A DNA stretch of 64,000 nt from Nitrospirota bacterium (GTDB lineage: Bacteria > Nitrospirota > UBA9217). The translations under genes and the position numbers were made by a program. Location of the stretch: NCBI GenBank assembly GCA_963845065.1, contig CAWJQQ010000009.1, forward strand, positions 96,001-160,000. Direction: 5' to 3'. Positions 61,772 through 64,000 of this stretch are shown here, piece after piece (position 1 is the stretch's first letter; every line of letters starts with the position of its first letter). The notes below the pieces were generated by a model. The model did not search any database, was not told the DNA's origin, and saw only the letters and a program-made list of their open reading frames with translations.

Positions 61772-62997
61772 TCAACATTCCTTCTACCTTCAAGATATCC
61801 TTACGCGCTCTTCGAGTGAACAAGATGCGTTCGGCCCTCACCATGCTAGGTATCATAATCGGCGTCGGTGCCGTGATCGCCATGGTCGCAGTCGGCACCG
61901 GCGCAAGCCAGCGAATAGCCGAACAGGTCTCGAGCATGGGAAGCAATCTTCTTATCATCATGCCGGGAACAATGACATCCGGAGGTGTGCGGTTGGGGGT
62001 AGGGACTCGGTCCACTCTCAACCTGGGTGACGCCGATGCTATCTCGAAGGAGTGCACCGCCGTAGCGGAAGTGGCGCCAAGCTTGGGAGGCGTGGCACAG
62101 ATCGTGTATGGACACCTGAACTGGTCAACTAACATAAACGGGACAACGCCTGCCATGCTGATCGCACGTGACTGGGATCTGAGCGTCGGCCGGTCCTTTA
62201 GCACTCAGGACGTGAATAACGCAACAAAGGTCTGTCTGCTCGGTCAGACCGTGGTGAACAACCTTTTCGGGGACCGGAATCCCGTAGGACAGACGATCAG
62301 GATCAAAAATGTTCCCTTTACAGTGCTTGGTGTTCTTGCAACTAAAGGGCAGGATGTGCAGGGATCGGACCAAGACGATACGATTATAATTCCCGTGACC
62401 ACGTCCCAGAAAAAGCTTTTCGGGACCCAGTTCCCGGGTATGGTGAAAATCATCATAGTCAAGGCAAAGGGCGCTGAAAGCCTGTCCACAGCTGAAAATC
62501 AAATAATGGATCTGCTCAGGCAGCGGCACCATATCGGTCAGAGACAAGACGCAGATTTCAACGTGCGGAACCTCACCCAGATCATGCAGGCTGCGGAACA
62601 GTCCACGCAAGTATTGACTATTCTGCTTGGGGCCATCGCGTCAGTCTCTCTCTTCGTCGGTGGAATCGGCATCATGAACATCATGCTCGTATCGGTGACC
62701 GAACGTACGCGCGAAATCGGAATCCGCATGGCCATCGGGGCAAAGACCTGGGACATTCGACTCCAGTTCATCATCGAGGCACTCACATTGTCGCTTATCG
62801 GCGGTATCATCGGGATTATTGTGGGAGTATCAATGTCTATACTTCTTTCATCCCTCTCAGGTTGGCCAACTGTTGTTTCGCCTGTCTCCATCATTCTGGC
62901 TTTCGGTTTTTCTGGGTTTATCGGTGTCTTCTTTGGTTTTTATCCAGCCTACAAGGCCTCGCTGTTGAATCCAATTGATGCCTTGCGGTACGAATAG
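61768..62997 (+). CDS. MacB/FtsX-like ABC transporter permease
   Basis: NKMRSALTMLGIIIG, VGGIGIMNIMLVSVTERTREIG and LNPIDALRYE. Confidence 0.95.
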   Translation: MINIPSTFKISLRALRVNKMRSALTMLGIIIGVGAVIAMVAVGTGASQRIAEQVSSMGSNLLIIMPGTMTSGGVRLGVGTRSTLNLGDADAISKECTAVAEVAPSLGGVAQIVYGHLNWSTNINGTTPAMLIARDWDLSVGRSFSTQDVNNATKVCLLGQTVVNNLFGDRNPVGQTIRIKNVPFTVLGVLATKGQDVQGSDQDDTIIIPVTTSQKKLFGTQFPGMVKIIIVKAKGAESLSTAENQIMDLLRQRHHIGQRQDADFNVRNLTQIMQAAEQSTQVLTILLGAIASVSLFVGGIGIMNIMLVSVTERTREIGIRMAIGAKTWDIRLQFIIEALTLSLIGGIIGIIVGVSMSILLSSLSGWPTVVSPVSIILAFGFSGFIGVFFGFYPAYKASLLNPIDALRYE

Positions 62998-63248
62998 GGT
63001 TCTTTGGCTCGACAAAATACTGAAAATCCTCTACTATTGTTCGCAGCACGGCTTATGGATGATCTCAATACAATTCTCAATCAGATCCGAAAACGGCTCC
63101 CGAAGCTAAACACGTCGCTGTGAATGCGCATGGTAGGAATCAGCGTCTCGGATAACATCCAATTCAAGGAACAAGATCTGACGCTAAAGGTTCTCCCGCC
63201 AAACCCATAATGGTCCACGTTTCGATAATCCTGGCCATATGGTTCTCT

Positions 63249-63812
63249 TCACTTAAACGGTTCGTAGCAGAGAAAGACTTTCCCGTTGCGGAAGGTCTTC
63301 GATTTTGTCAGTTTCAGGTTTAATTTTTCCTTGATTCCGTCGAACATTGTTCGCCCCCCGCCGAGAGCAATTGGATTCACTACAATCTGATATTCATCAA
63401 TTACGTCTTCCTCTGCTAATTGGGCAACAATGCTTCCGCTCCCTAAAATTGCCATTCCCTCGCCAGGCTCTTTCTTCATCTTTCGTATTTCCGATACCAG
63501 ATCTCCTTTCACAAGTCTCGTGTTGTTCCAGGAGGCTTTCTTCATTGTTCTCGAAAACACGATCTTTGGACCGTTGTTCATTCGTTCAGCTACAATGGGA
63601 AGATTTTCGAGTGCCTGCGGGGTTGGCCAGAAGCTTGCCATGAGCTCATAGGTGACTCTACCGAAAAGCAAGACGCCGCCCCCTTTTGCATTTTCTGATG
63701 CAAACGCATTGAACTCCTCATCATTGTCATTCTTGGCCCAACTCATGTCGCCGTTCTTATCAACAAAGTAACCATCCAATGACATATGCTGGAAAACCAA
63801 TAATTTTTTCAT
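63249..63812 (-). CDS. Dihydrofolate reductase family protein (RibD C-terminal-like)
   Basis: MSLDGY, LLFGRVTYE, VFSRT, ILGSGSI and IDEY...P..LGGG. Confidence 0.9.
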   Translation of the reverse strand: MKKLLVFQHMSLDGYFVDKNGDMSWAKNDNDEEFNAFASENAKGGGVLLFGRVTYELMASFWPTPQALENLPIVAERMNNGPKIVFSRTMKKASWNNTRLVKGDLVSEIRKMKKEPGEGMAILGSGSIVAQLAEEDVIDEYQIVVNPIALGGGRTMFDGIKEKLNLKLTKSKTFRNGKVFLCYEPFK

Positions 63813-64000
63813 GTTCTCACTTTTGACCCTGTTTCTGGCAGGCATTTATTATTGCAGCCGTTTTAATAATTGTAAAAAAACCGACAAGCCTGTAAGTAAG
63901 AAAATCCTACCTGGTCAAACTACTTGGAGTTCAAGGATCTCTTCTGACATATTGCGGGTAGTTCGATACCCAAGCGCGTTGACGTTGTCTGATTAGAGCC

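Noticed and set aside
1..64000. CRISPR array, rRNA or tRNA genes
   Set aside because: No regularly spaced repeats or recognisable structural RNA genes seen by eye.

Overview
This 64 kb bacterial window is a heavily decayed accessory region with no rRNA, tRNA or CRISPR that I can see. The gene style suggests an anaerobe such as Nitrospirota or a deltaproteobacterium-like lineage, but that is inference only. (1) The centrepiece is a compact sulfur-redox cluster between an intact IS4 element and a tnpB relic: Crp/Fnr regulator, DASS anion transporter, divergent AprA and AprB, a single QmoA/QmoB-hybrid HdrA-like flavoprotein, soluble HdrC and HdrB, and LpdA. No sat or qmoC is present in the window. 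(2) Two in-frame UGA codons are followed by SECIS-like hairpins: a probable small NxPxGxxU selenoprotein that the ORF track truncates, and a relic of a Sec methyltransferase. (3) There are two paralogous CheB-CheR-PAS-kinase plus receiver modules, one frameshifted. (4) A TolC-MFP-RND operon and a distant OmpR-type two-component system share an identical 20-bp promoter box. (5) The rest includes a MacAB-type ABC system, two toxin-antitoxin loci, envelope genes and about 15 pseudogenes or relics. Family assignments come from motif recognition, not database searches.
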